A stretch of 44,147 bases of DNA from a virus (lineage: Duplodnaviria; Caudoviricetes). The stretch spans positions 1 through 44,147 of the IMG/VR virus record IMGVR_UViG_3300027819_000022; one strand, 5' to 3'. Position numbers and translations under genes: made by a program. This document shows positions 18,575 to 26,180 of the stretch, piece after piece. The notes under the pieces were generated by a model. That model was not told where the DNA came from and ran no database searches. It saw nothing but the letters and a program-made list of their open reading frames with translations. Within the stretch, counting starts at the first letter, position 1. Every line of letters starts with the position of its first letter.

Positions 18575-18750
18575 TTCGCCCTCTCCATCGTGGCCTCAAA
18601 TCGTTGCAGCCAATCATCCATAAACCGCTGATGCGCGACCAGCGACGAGTCCATGTTGCGCGATGCGGCGAGCATCGTATCGGCAGCACCTTTCATCGCA
18701 TGGCCTGCGCGGATCACGTCCTCGGTGCCGATTAGTCTGACAACGTCCAT
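18571..18750 (-). CDS. Hypothetical protein (59 aa)
   Basis: AGGAG RBS; MDVVRLIGTEDV...; ATGA overlap with the next gene. Confidence 0.55.
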   Translation of the reverse strand: MDVVRLIGTEDVIRAGHAMKGAADTMLAASRNMDSSLVAHQRFMDDWLQRFEATMERAK

Positions 18751-18765
18751 TTCATCTCCTGTATG

Positions 18766-18840
18766 GCCCGCCTCGCAGATGTCTGTGCGGTTCTAAGGTT
18801 CCGCCCGGCCCTCGCGGGTGACGGCATCTGCGCTGCGGGT
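18766..18840 (-). ncRNA. Candidate structured intergenic RNA (three-way junction)
   Basis: Stem CCCGC-AG-CGCAGATG / CATCTGCG-AG-GCGGG enclosing CCC-GCGA-GGG and GCGG-N10-CCGC hairpins. Confidence 0.4.
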
Positions 18841-18844
18841 TCGG

Positions 18845-19816
18845 TTATGCTGCGCTCGCCCTCTCGATCCATGCGAGAGCCGGCGCATACTGCTCTGCCG
18901 GCAGCAGCGACAGCCGATTAACCTGTGCGCCTATCGCGTTGAGCAGCGCCGCGCGCTTGATGTTTCGCTCTTTGCACAGATCATCAAGGTGGATGGCCTG
19001 ATCTGGCGTGATGTAAGGGGCCGCAGCGTCCGGCGCAGCACTGGCGGAGCGCACCGGCAGTGGAGGCTCTGCGACCGGCGCCGCGGCTTTCGGTGCGCCG
19101 GATGCCCATGCTGCGAGCATCTGGCCTGACTTTTCGGTGATCGGTTGATCTAGCGGGAATAGCGCCTTGTGCTGCTCCTGCAATTTGATCGGGTGCGGGA
19201 TGCCGGGATGGTCAGGTGTAAGCAGAAATGAAACGGTAAGCTCGAACGGCACCGTTTTTTCGGTCACGGGTACCCAGCCATCAAGGCCAATGAGTGACTG
19301 CTTTGGCTGCACGACCAGCTTCCCGTCTTTTTTTACCATTTCAATTTTGGCTTCGGCGCGGAAACACAGGATTAAGTGCGCTTTCGTTTGCAGCAGCCTT
19401 TGCATCATGCGCTTATGCGCCATTTTCGGTTTCACCCAAGACGCCATTTTTGCGGTGTCACGACCGCCCATGCGCTCGAATTCAGATTCTTGCATATCAA
19501 GAATTCCGCCTGCCCCTGCATATTCGTGAGATGCGCTATCAACGACGATTACCGGATAGCCAGCATCATCAGCGGCCTTAATTGCCTCGGCATACGCCTC
19601 TGGCGTGAACGGCTCGCGTAATTCAAGAACATCGAACGCGAACAAATCAGCGTAATGGCTCGCCCTGCCATTTTCAGTATCAATAACAGCGAAACGCTTT
19701 TCTCCAGCTATTCCAGAAGCAAGGCGCATAGCGGTGTAGGTTTTCCCGCTTCCGCTTGCGCCGGCCAGCCCGACCAGAAGGGAAACATTTTCGCGTGTTG
19801 CCTGCCTGAATTTCAT
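18845..19816 (-). CDS. Sak4-like / AAA_24 P-loop ATPase (recombination)
   Basis: GASGSGKT Walker A, IDTE, VIVVDSASHE Walker B; downstream of the RecE-like exonuclease. Confidence 0.8.
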   Translation of the reverse strand: MKFRQATRENVSLLVGLAGASGSGKTYTAMRLASGIAGEKRFAVIDTENGRASHYADLFAFDVLELREPFTPEAYAEAIKAADDAGYPVIVVDSASHEYAGAGGILDMQESEFERMGGRDTAKMASWVKPKMAHKRMMQRLLQTKAHLILCFRAEAKIEMVKKDGKLVVQPKQSLIGLDGWVPVTEKTVPFELTVSFLLTPDHPGIPHPIKLQEQHKALFPLDQPITEKSGQMLAAWASGAPKAAAPVAEPPLPVRSASAAPDAAAPYITPDQAIHLDDLCKERNIKRAALLNAIGAQVNRLSLLPAEQYAPALAWIERASAA

Positions 19817-20256
19817 GCCGCCCTCCTCAAGTTTTCCTGAATCCACTTTGCGCGCCCCTTGCGCTCCATGTCCATCATGTTGTCAAGATGCGTTCCAAGA
19901 AACAAATGCGCCGGCTTAACGCATGGTGGGTTATCACAATCGTGCAGGACATGCAGGCCGTCCGGTATCTCCCCTACGAATAGCTCGTATGAAACGCGAT
20001 GCGCCCGTAGTCGCTTGCCGCCCCTTTGGATTTTGCCGTAGCCACTAACAAATAATGCGCCAGTCCAGATCCAGCAGTCGCCGCGCTTGTCTATCTTCGA
20101 CTCAAATTTCCGGTCAAAATCCCCGGCGTGAACGTCTCCGCTATACCACAACCTTTTGTAATGCAGGGCGCACATGCCTTTGCAGTAAATTGCGGACGCA
20201 CAACCGTCAACCGAACAGACGTTTTCACGCACGGCAGGCTTAAAGGGGGATGCCAT
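19813..20256 (-). CDS. HNH homing endonuclease
   Basis: CSVDGC...GMCALHY zinc motif, CWIWTG, AHR, VLHDCDNPPCVKPAHLFLGT. Confidence 0.9.
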   Translation of the reverse strand: MASPFKPAVRENVCSVDGCASAIYCKGMCALHYKRLWYSGDVHAGDFDRKFESKIDKRGDCWIWTGALFVSGYGKIQRGGKRLRAHRVSYELFVGEIPDGLHVLHDCDNPPCVKPAHLFLGTHLDNMMDMERKGRAKWIQENLRRAA

Positions 20257-21130
20257 CGCTCAACTCCTTTTCGCTGAACTGCTCGGATTCGACCATGTCA
20301 TGCTCGGCTTTCGCCATATCCCACGGCGTAGGCTCGATGTAGTGAACCTCGCCACTATAGGCCGGGAACTTGCCGGCCTTGATGCATGCCGCCCAGATTG
20401 CCAGCGCCCGCTCGACCTTGCGCGCCGATATGTCGGATTGCGCGTTGGACAAACCGAACCACTTGCAGGCGTATGAGCCCCATTGCTGCTGCGCGAGGAT
20501 CAGGTGATGCCCTCTCTGGATACCGCGCGAATAGAATGCCAGAGAAACGTCGTAGCCGGAGCTGATGACAACACGCTCGAATGTTTCTGGCCGGACGCTG
20601 CGCTTGGTGGTCTTGTAGTGGATGCAACCATTATCCGTCAGCCGGTCAGGGCGAGCCTTGCAAAGCACGCCGTTCTCGTCCCATACGACGGTTTGCTCGG
20701 ACGCCCCGGTTTCAAAGACCCCGGCATAGTCGCTGTGGGCAATATAGTCCATAGCCACGTCCACCATCGCTTTTACGGCGTCCACGTTGTCTTTGAGCAC
20801 GGGGAGTAGACCCTCGCCGCGCGCTAAGTCTCGGGCCGCCCTGATGGACTTGTTGCCCCATCCGACAGGGATGTTCCCGTTCTTGGCGGGATAATCGTTA
20901 GGGTCGATAGCGAACAGCTTGTCAGTCCCGCCTTCCAACAGGCAGGCATGCGCGTAAGTGCCGATGTCGGCAACATCGCCTTGGGACTGTTCGCGCTTCG
21001 GATTCCACGGCGAATCAATCCACGCCTCGATCGGGCACTGAGACAGGATGGTAAAGCACATCCCCGACGATAGCGCCTTGATGGCCAAGTATTCGGCCAG
21101 CGGCATGTCGGGATACAGGCCGGGATTCAC
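20240..21130 (-). CDS. RecE / exonuclease VIII-like PD-(D/E)xK nuclease (DUF3799-like)
   Basis: LSSG, GTYAHACLLE, SEQTVVW, CKARPDRL, HYKTT motifs. Confidence 0.8.
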   Translation of the reverse strand: MNPGLYPDMPLAEYLAIKALSSGMCFTILSQCPIEAWIDSPWNPKREQSQGDVADIGTYAHACLLEGGTDKLFAIDPNDYPAKNGNIPVGWGNKSIRAARDLARGEGLLPVLKDNVDAVKAMVDVAMDYIAHSDYAGVFETGASEQTVVWDENGVLCKARPDRLTDNGCIHYKTTKRSVRPETFERVVISSGYDVSLAFYSRGIQRGHHLILAQQQWGSYACKWFGLSNAQSDISARKVERALAIWAACIKAGKFPAYSGEVHYIEPTPWDMAKAEHDMVESEQFSEKELSDGIPL

Positions 21131-21336
21131 GGCTGCTCGCTCGCAACCTCGATCTCAACGCCGGCCTTGGTCAGCCTGATCAGATCGTCGGCGCTGCAAC
21201 GCTCGATCTGCACGGTATCCTTGACCACGTGCGCGATGGCCCGCGCTTCGTTCTTCGCGCGCACGAGGCGTTCGATTTTCTCGAATTGCTTGTCGGTTGC
21301 AACGGGCACGGATACGGTAATGCGATAGTCAGGCAT
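21127..21336 (-). CDS. Hypothetical protein
   Basis: 69 aa, RLVRAKNEARAIAHV; coupled to the nuclease gene. Confidence 0.65.
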   Translation of the reverse strand: MPDYRITVSVPVATDKQFEKIERLVRAKNEARAIAHVVKDTVQIERCSADDLIRLTKAGVEIEVASEQP

Positions 21337-21337
21337 G

Positions 21338-21529
21338 TCATTTTCCTTTAAGTTTGCTGCGGTAAAATTCCCGACACAGTTTGGGCGGATCAGCGACCTG
21401 TGCTTTCAACTTTCTGACCTGCGCTATCAGGTCGGCATTCTCGGCTTCGATTGCGTCGCGATGCTCGGCGGTTGACGTGACTGCGTAGATCGCCAGCAGG
21501 GTTAGGATGATCGGGAGCGCGACGTTCAT
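21338..21529 (-). CDS. Small membrane-anchored protein
   Basis: MNVALPIILTLLAIYAV N-terminal TM; ATGA coupling. Confidence 0.5.
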   Translation of the reverse strand: MNVALPIILTLLAIYAVTSTAEHRDAIEAENADLIAQVRKLKAQVADPPKLCREFYRSKLKGK

Positions 21530-21648
21530 TGAATAAAATACCCTGCGAGCACCGCCATCGCCAGCATCACGCACGCGGCGAGGAACCGATTGCGGGCGCG
21601 ACGGATGCGCTCTTGTTCGGCCCATGTGCGGAGGATGCGGGCGGTCAT
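21526..21648 (-). CDS. Small membrane protein (40 aa)
   Basis: GGAGG RBS; MTARILRTW...FLAACVMLAMAVLAGYFIQ; coupled on both sides. Confidence 0.5.
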   Translation of the reverse strand: MTARILRTWAEQERIRRARNRFLAACVMLAMAVLAGYFIQ

Positions 21649-21851
21649 TTCGTATCCTCCAAGCATTGATTGATGCGGCGCGCGAGCATCTTTGCGAATT
21701 GGCGCGACATGGTAAAAGATGCCCCGTCATAACGATCCAGAGGGAATACGCAAATCTTGATGTGCGCTCCGTCGGCAGTGCTGATTTGCGCGTTCGGATA
21801 TACGCCCAACTTGTGCGTGCAATACAGGACGCTCGGCTTATGCTTTGCCAT
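21645..21851 (-). CDS. Hypothetical protein
   Basis: ORF in a coupled chain. Confidence 0.55.
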   Translation of the reverse strand: MAKHKPSVLYCTHKLGVYPNAQISTADGAHIKICVFPLDRYDGASFTMSRQFAKMLARRINQCLEDTK

Positions 21852-22033
21852 CACCACCCCATATCTGCATCAAGTTGATCGTGAGCTTCTTGGCGTTCTT
21901 GCTGTTCTTCGTCGCGCGCCCATCGTTCGCATTCTCGCTTTCCGCAAGTTAACTTTTCGCGATACCCGCGCACGCCAATCCCCATTTCATCACCGCAGTA
22001 ATCGCAAAAAAGCGTCTTTTCTTGGTTGCTCAT
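21851..22033 (-). CDS. Small Cys-containing (Zn-finger-like) protein
   Basis: CDYC...CGKREC motif. Confidence 0.6.
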   Translation of the reverse strand: MSNQEKTLFCDYCGDEMGIGVRGYREKLTCGKRECERWARDEEQQERQEAHDQLDADMGW

Positions 22034-22437
22034 ATCCGCCCCCGTGTCGATTTAAGCGCCGCCTCGATACCCCACTTTGGCAATTCCCCTTCCGCCTGAT
22101 CAATACACTTCTGCCGCCACATGCGCTCGGCTTCATTGTTGACGGTCAACTGAATCTGCGCGATGGCCGTCAACACGGCGTTGATGCCGATCCTGTCGCC
22201 GCTGCATGCGTTGTCGAGATTGCGAAGCGCGCGGTGCAGCGGATGCGATATCAGCGTCGGCTCGATGCCGTCCAGCAGATCGTCGAATTGCGCGATATCG
22301 TCCATGCGCTCCCGCATCAGTTCGCCGGCGCGGGCATCGACTTGCGCTTGCTCGGCTGCGGTAAGTTCCGGCGCGTCATCTTCGTCGCCGTGCAGGTGGT
22401 CAAAGCGGCCAGCGTCAGGGTGTGCGGTTTTCAGCAT
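22030..22437 (-). CDS. Hypothetical acidic protein, first gene of a leftward unit
   Basis: GGAGG RBS at ~22443. Confidence 0.65.
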   Translation of the reverse strand: MLKTAHPDAGRFDHLHGDEDDAPELTAAEQAQVDARAGELMRERMDDIAQFDDLLDGIEPTLISHPLHRALRNLDNACSGDRIGINAVLTAIAQIQLTVNNEAERMWRQKCIDQAEGELPKWGIEAALKSTRGRI

Positions 22438-22459
22438 AATTGCCTCCGTGTATATTGGT

Positions 22460-22488
22460 ATCTTGCGCTCAATTTATGGAAAACGCAA
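22460..22488 (-). promoter_or_regulatory. Leftward sigma70-like promoter overlapping an inverted repeat
   Basis: Minus strand TTGCGT-17-CAAGAT; CTTGCG...CGCAAG inverted repeat at 22462..22489. Confidence 0.45.
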
Positions 22489-22495
22489 GGGGCAC

Positions 22496-22524
22496 TTGAA
22501 AATAATTGTTGATCGGAGTATAAA
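22496..22524 (+). promoter_or_regulatory. Rightward sigma70-like promoter
   Basis: TTGAAA-17-TATAAA in an AT-rich gap; ATG follows 7 nt after the -10. Confidence 0.6.
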
Positions 22525-22531
22525 TCCCGTC

Positions 22532-22705
22532 ATGGCAGGAAACCATTCATCCAACCAGCGGTTGCACGAGCGGGCCGCAGAGCGGGCCCTTAAGATTATC
22601 AGCCTGCGCGATGCCGGCGCTTCGTGGCCCGCCATCGCCCGGCAATTCAAGATCAGCCGCCAGCGAGCGCAGCAGCTATACGATAAGCACGTCTGCTGCA
22701 AATGA
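22532..22705 (+). CDS. Small HTH DNA-binding protein (Cro-like role possible)
   Basis: LRDAGASWPAIARQFKISRQRAQQL HTH; no RBS upstream. Confidence 0.75.
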   Translation: MAGNHSSNQRLHERAAERALKIISLRDAGASWPAIARQFKISRQRAQQLYDKHVCCK

Positions 22706-23070
22706 GCGGACGCGCGCTGCGCATGACCGCTGCCGAGTATCAGGCCAGGTCGCAAAAAAAACAGCCGCGCATCCGCAACGTCAGGCGCAAAGTAATCAAC
22801 GGCATCGAGTTTGCGTCCACTCGCGAGGCTCGCGCGTGGCAGGATCTGTGTCTGATGCAGCAAGCGGGCCAGATCAGCGAGCTGCGGCGCCAAGTGCCGT
22901 TTGCCCTCGATATCAACGGGGTCCATATCTGCGATTATGTCGCTGATTTCGTGTTCGTTCGATCGGGCCAGCAGATTGTCCAAGACGCCAAGGGTTTCAG
23001 GACTGAAATCTACCGCCTCAAGCGCAAGCTCATGCTGGCTATTCATGGCATCGAAATAATCGAGACTTGA
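22702..23070 (+). CDS. DUF1064-family PD-(D/E)xK endonuclease
   Basis: GIEFASTREA, LRRQVPF, YVADFVF, QDAKG, YRLKRKL motifs. Confidence 0.85.
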   Translation: MSGRALRMTAAEYQARSQKKQPRIRNVRRKVINGIEFASTREARAWQDLCLMQQAGQISELRRQVPFALDINGVHICDYVADFVFVRSGQQIVQDAKGFRTEIYRLKRKLMLAIHGIEIIET

Positions 23071-23214
23071 TTAGCCCGGTTTGGCGAGTCGCCGCACGAT
23101 GGCCTGCCTCGCCCGCTGAAGGCAGGCTGCACCGGCCAGCGCGACATTATCCCAATACCACGCTTGAAGGCTCCCGAGCCAGCGCAGCAGCAGGGAGAGG
23201 GCGTGGCGGCTCAT
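23071..23214 (-). CDS. Small hypothetical protein
   Basis: MSRHALSLLL... ATGA-coupled to the upstream ORF. Confidence 0.35.
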   Translation of the reverse strand: MSRHALSLLLRWLGSLQAWYWDNVALAGAACLQRARQAIVRRLAKPG

Positions 23215-23324
23215 ATCACCGCCAGCGCCGCCACCATCAGCAGCACGCCAACGACTACCAGCCCATCGTCCCAGGTCTCGCCGGGAGGGTGGAGCCACTG
23301 TTTGCTGGACCAGTCGCGGGTCAT
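23211..23324 (-). CDS. Small membrane protein
   Basis: MTRDWS...VVVGVLLMVAALAVI; ATGA coupling. Confidence 0.45.
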   Translation of the reverse strand: MTRDWSSKQWLHPPGETWDDGLVVVGVLLMVAALAVI

Positions 23325-23593
23325 GCTGCACCTGCTTTGGCGAGGGCGGCGCGGGCTTGTTGGCAGGCCGTGGAATGTATTGCCGTATCGGTTACAGCGT
23401 CCATTATCGGGCACGCGCAAAAGTGATTATAGTCATGCCCCCATGCGTTCAGGCCACGCAAAGCCGCGAGCAGTTCTGCATTGACTTCGGCCATTTTCGC
23501 TTGGTCGTTCAATAAATCCGCGATCGCTTCTTTGGCGTGCTTGATGCCGGAAAGCTGTATGTCTTGCGGCGTAGTGCGTTTCGTGTGCGTCAT
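23321..23593 (-). CDS. Hypothetical protein
   Basis: AAAGGA RBS; ELLAALR...QARAALAKA motif typical of phage early proteins. Confidence 0.65.
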   Translation of the reverse strand: MTHTKRTTPQDIQLSGIKHAKEAIADLLNDQAKMAEVNAELLAALRGLNAWGHDYNHFCACPIMDAVTDTAIHSTACQQARAALAKAGAA

Positions 23594-23622
23594 GTTAATC
23601 CTTTCGTTTCGTTACCGGCAAT

Positions 23623-23663
23623 CCGCCGTGGATGCCCTCTCACCGAAAGGGCATCGGCTGCGG
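23623..23663. other. Intergenic stem-loop downstream of ardC
   Basis: CCGC..GATGCCCT-N9-AGGGCATC..GCGG; no U-tract. Confidence 0.5.
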
Positions 23664-23667
23664 TGAG

Positions 23668-24525
23668 TTAGGCGGCAATCTGTTCCTGGCTCGCATCAAG
23701 CCCGAGCAGGTAATCGGCGGCTTTCTGCGACAGTGCTGCGGCTTTGAAAATGGCCTTGCTATCTTCGCGGCAGGCTTTCAGCCAATGCTCAATATAACCG
23801 GCATGGCGTAGCTCGCCTTGTATGCCGTGATCCTGGCATAGAAACGCGCTGCCGATTTCCGCGACTAACTCTTCAAACGCGTAAGCCGGATTGCCGAATC
23901 TGCCCGCGCTAAGATTGCGGTCTAGCCGGTGCTTCGCGCCAGTCCAATGCGTGAGTTCGTGGAATGCCGTAGCGTAGTAAGACTGCGCGCCGTCAAAGGC
24001 AGGTTTGTTCGGTAACTGGATGCGGTCCATGCTGGGCATGTAGAAAGCCGCATCGCCGCCGTGTGTGACTTGCGCGCCGGTCCTGATGATAAATTGCTCG
24101 CAGGCCGGTATCGGGTTAAACTGCACTTCTGGCGTGACCGTTGCAGGGATCGGCAAGTTTGTTTGCGTCGCATTGAATACCGTATATCCGCGAATGACGC
24201 AATAACCCGCTTCGGTTTCGCCAGTCTCCGCATTTTCCTTGCCCGCGATGGGTTTGAAAAACACGATGTTTGTGCCATGCTGCCCGGATTGCACCTGCGC
24301 GCCATTTTCCTGCCATTGCTTGTAGGTTGCCCAATGCGGAGACGTGAAACCCTGCGCCATGCTGGACATTCCGAGCAGAAGCCGATTGATGCCGCGATAT
24401 GCTTTTTTGCTAACGTAGTTTTGATCTGCGCTCGCGTCAACGCGCCACGGCTTAACCCACGGTGCAGCACCTTTTTCGAGTTCCGCGATAATGCGCGCGG
24501 TCACGGTGTCGTACAGGTTCATCAT
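23668..24525 (-). CDS. ardC: ArdC-family antirestriction ssDNA-binding protein with zincin-like domain
   Basis: PWVKPW, YRGIN, WATYKQW, YTVFN, AFY...DRIQLP, HELTHWTG, YAFEELVAEIG motifs. Confidence 0.9.
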   Translation of the reverse strand: MMNLYDTVTARIIAELEKGAAPWVKPWRVDASADQNYVSKKAYRGINRLLLGMSSMAQGFTSPHWATYKQWQENGAQVQSGQHGTNIVFFKPIAGKENAETGETEAGYCVIRGYTVFNATQTNLPIPATVTPEVQFNPIPACEQFIIRTGAQVTHGGDAAFYMPSMDRIQLPNKPAFDGAQSYYATAFHELTHWTGAKHRLDRNLSAGRFGNPAYAFEELVAEIGSAFLCQDHGIQGELRHAGYIEHWLKACREDSKAIFKAAALSQKAADYLLGLDASQEQIAA

Positions 24526-24569
24526 TTTGTCACCTCGTTCACAGATTGCCGCGAGCCGCGCGGCGCGGT

Positions 24570-24761
24570 TTAGACGTATGACTCCATCAATTGCATCGAA
24601 CACACTGCGCCGATCCAGCCGATTATGCCAGCGGTAATCAGCACGAAACTAACCAGCGGATACGCGACAGCAAGCGCACCACAAAACAGCAGGAATGAAC
24701 CGCTTACGGCAAACAACAGCGTGAGGCACAGCAGCGTAATCCAATGGCCAGTTTTGCTCAT
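24570..24761 (-). CDS. Small two-TM membrane protein
   Basis: GGAGG RBS; hydrophobic 63-aa ORF. Confidence 0.55.
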   Translation of the reverse strand: MSKTGHWITLLCLTLLFAVSGSFLLFCGALAVAYPLVSFVLITAGIIGWIGAVCSMQLMESYV

Positions 24762-24785
24762 GATGCCCTCCAGTTGAGTTACGAA

Positions 24786-24821
24786 AACATCCAAGATACG
24801 CGCGGGCGTATCCTGGAGGTT
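24786..24821. other. Intergenic stem-loop
   Basis: AACATCCAAGATACGC-GCGG-GCGTATCCTGGAGGTT imperfect inverted repeat between a stop codon and the next RBS. Confidence 0.5.
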
Positions 24822-25034
24822 CTAGGCAGATTCAGCGGTGAATCTGTGCCATTCCGTTTTTGGCACATACGCGGTGACGATGCGCCGCTCCCCCGATGAT
24901 GGAAGCGTCACGCGGTAGCGTATCTGTGCCACGCGCTTGTTGATCTTGACAACATGCGCCGCGCGGTAGGTGTTGCCATCGAAACCGAGAAAATCAACGA
25001 ATGTCCCTTGATGCTGATTCCGCGTGAGGTTCAT
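24822..25034 (-). CDS. Hypothetical protein, first gene of the leftward arm
   Basis: GGAGG RBS, 70 aa. Confidence 0.65.
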   Translation of the reverse strand: MNLTRNQHQGTFVDFLGFDGNTYRAAHVVKINKRVAQIRYRVTLPSSGERRIVTAYVPKTEWHRFTAESA

Positions 25035-25431
25035 GATCTATCCTCCAGTTATCCGGCACAGCGCCGGTATGACAATACTTTAGCGAATATCGGGCCAGTT
25101 CGAGCGAAAGCGGGTAAATATCTGCACGCGTGAACAGGGCGTTGCGGGGAGAGTGAGCGGACACCAACTAACGAGATCACTATAGGGGGTGAGCAGGCAC
25201 GGCAGAATGTGACGCAATTTGTACTTGTGGTCGGCTGATCGAAAACCACAAGATGTTGTGTCTTGACAAGACGCACGGAAGGGAAGACAGTAGCCACAGA
25301 AATGCGAACGGACACAAGGCTTATCACCAGGTGTCCGCTCTGTTTCCGAAGTTGCGCGCGACCGCAATCGGAGATTGTCGGTACTCTAAATCCCCACTGC
25401 CTCGCTTGTCAACCTCGGCGCCGATCGCGCA

Positions 25432-25447
25432 AGTTCCACGTGGAACA
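25432..25447. promoter_or_regulatory. parS: parS-like palindrome
   Basis: AGTTCCACGTGGAACA, 15/16 match to the consensus TGTTNCACGTGNAACA. Confidence 0.75.
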
Positions 25448-25810
25448 ATACGAGATCAAGGCACGCCAGGCCAGAGCCAGGCGAAGCACGCGAGGCAAGC
25501 CCCTACGAACTGGGAGCCTCGGCGATAGGCGTCTGAAACCACCTGAGGGGGGTAAGGGGGGAGCGCTTGTCCGTTGTTATTTGACGGTTTGGTTTTTGAT
25601 CTTTCCCTATAGACAATCTGGCATTTCCACGGAGTGCTGCTTTGCCCTGCTGGTGACTGGTTAGCATCGCGGTCTCGCCGGCGAATTACTTGCCGCTTTC
25701 GACCTTCTATCGTGCGCTCCACTTCGCGTGCAAGTTTCCACTATAATAAACAATGGGATAGAGTAACTTCTTCCGCCCCCTCTTACGCGTCCCCCTCCTT
25801 TCTGCGTCGA

Positions 25811-25826
25811 TGTTTCACGTGGAACA
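25811..25826. promoter_or_regulatory. parS: parS palindrome
   Basis: TGTTTCACGTGGAACA, full match to the chromosomal consensus. Confidence 0.8.
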
Positions 25827-26180
25827 TTGTGAGCGGTTGCTTGGTCATTCGGTTGCGCTACTGTATGCCTGTCCAGTTGTTTGCCATTGAGGTGTGTCGT
25901 TGTGCTGACGGGTGATAGTGATCGGGTCTTGATGCTTGGGCTTTCAACTGTGGGACCTCTTGGGTAGACGGGGGACGGGGTGGCGAGAGCGGTAACCTCC
26001 CCGCTCAAATGTGAACCATCCCCACCTTTTTTCAAATGATAGTGACTGCTAACATTCCAACGTGATAGGTTTCGTGCGTCGGTGTTGATCTTGATCTCTT
26101 TCATTGGTTTTGACGTTCAGTAGTTGATCGTGGTTGAGGTGACGGTGTCGATAGTCGGGAGTGATTGAAAGGTTCATGGA

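Noticed and set aside
25456-25722. Replication initiator remnant (RERSKTK...PPYPP linker-like peptide)
   Set aside because: Short, with no clear RBS and no recognisable domain; resemblance is too weak to call
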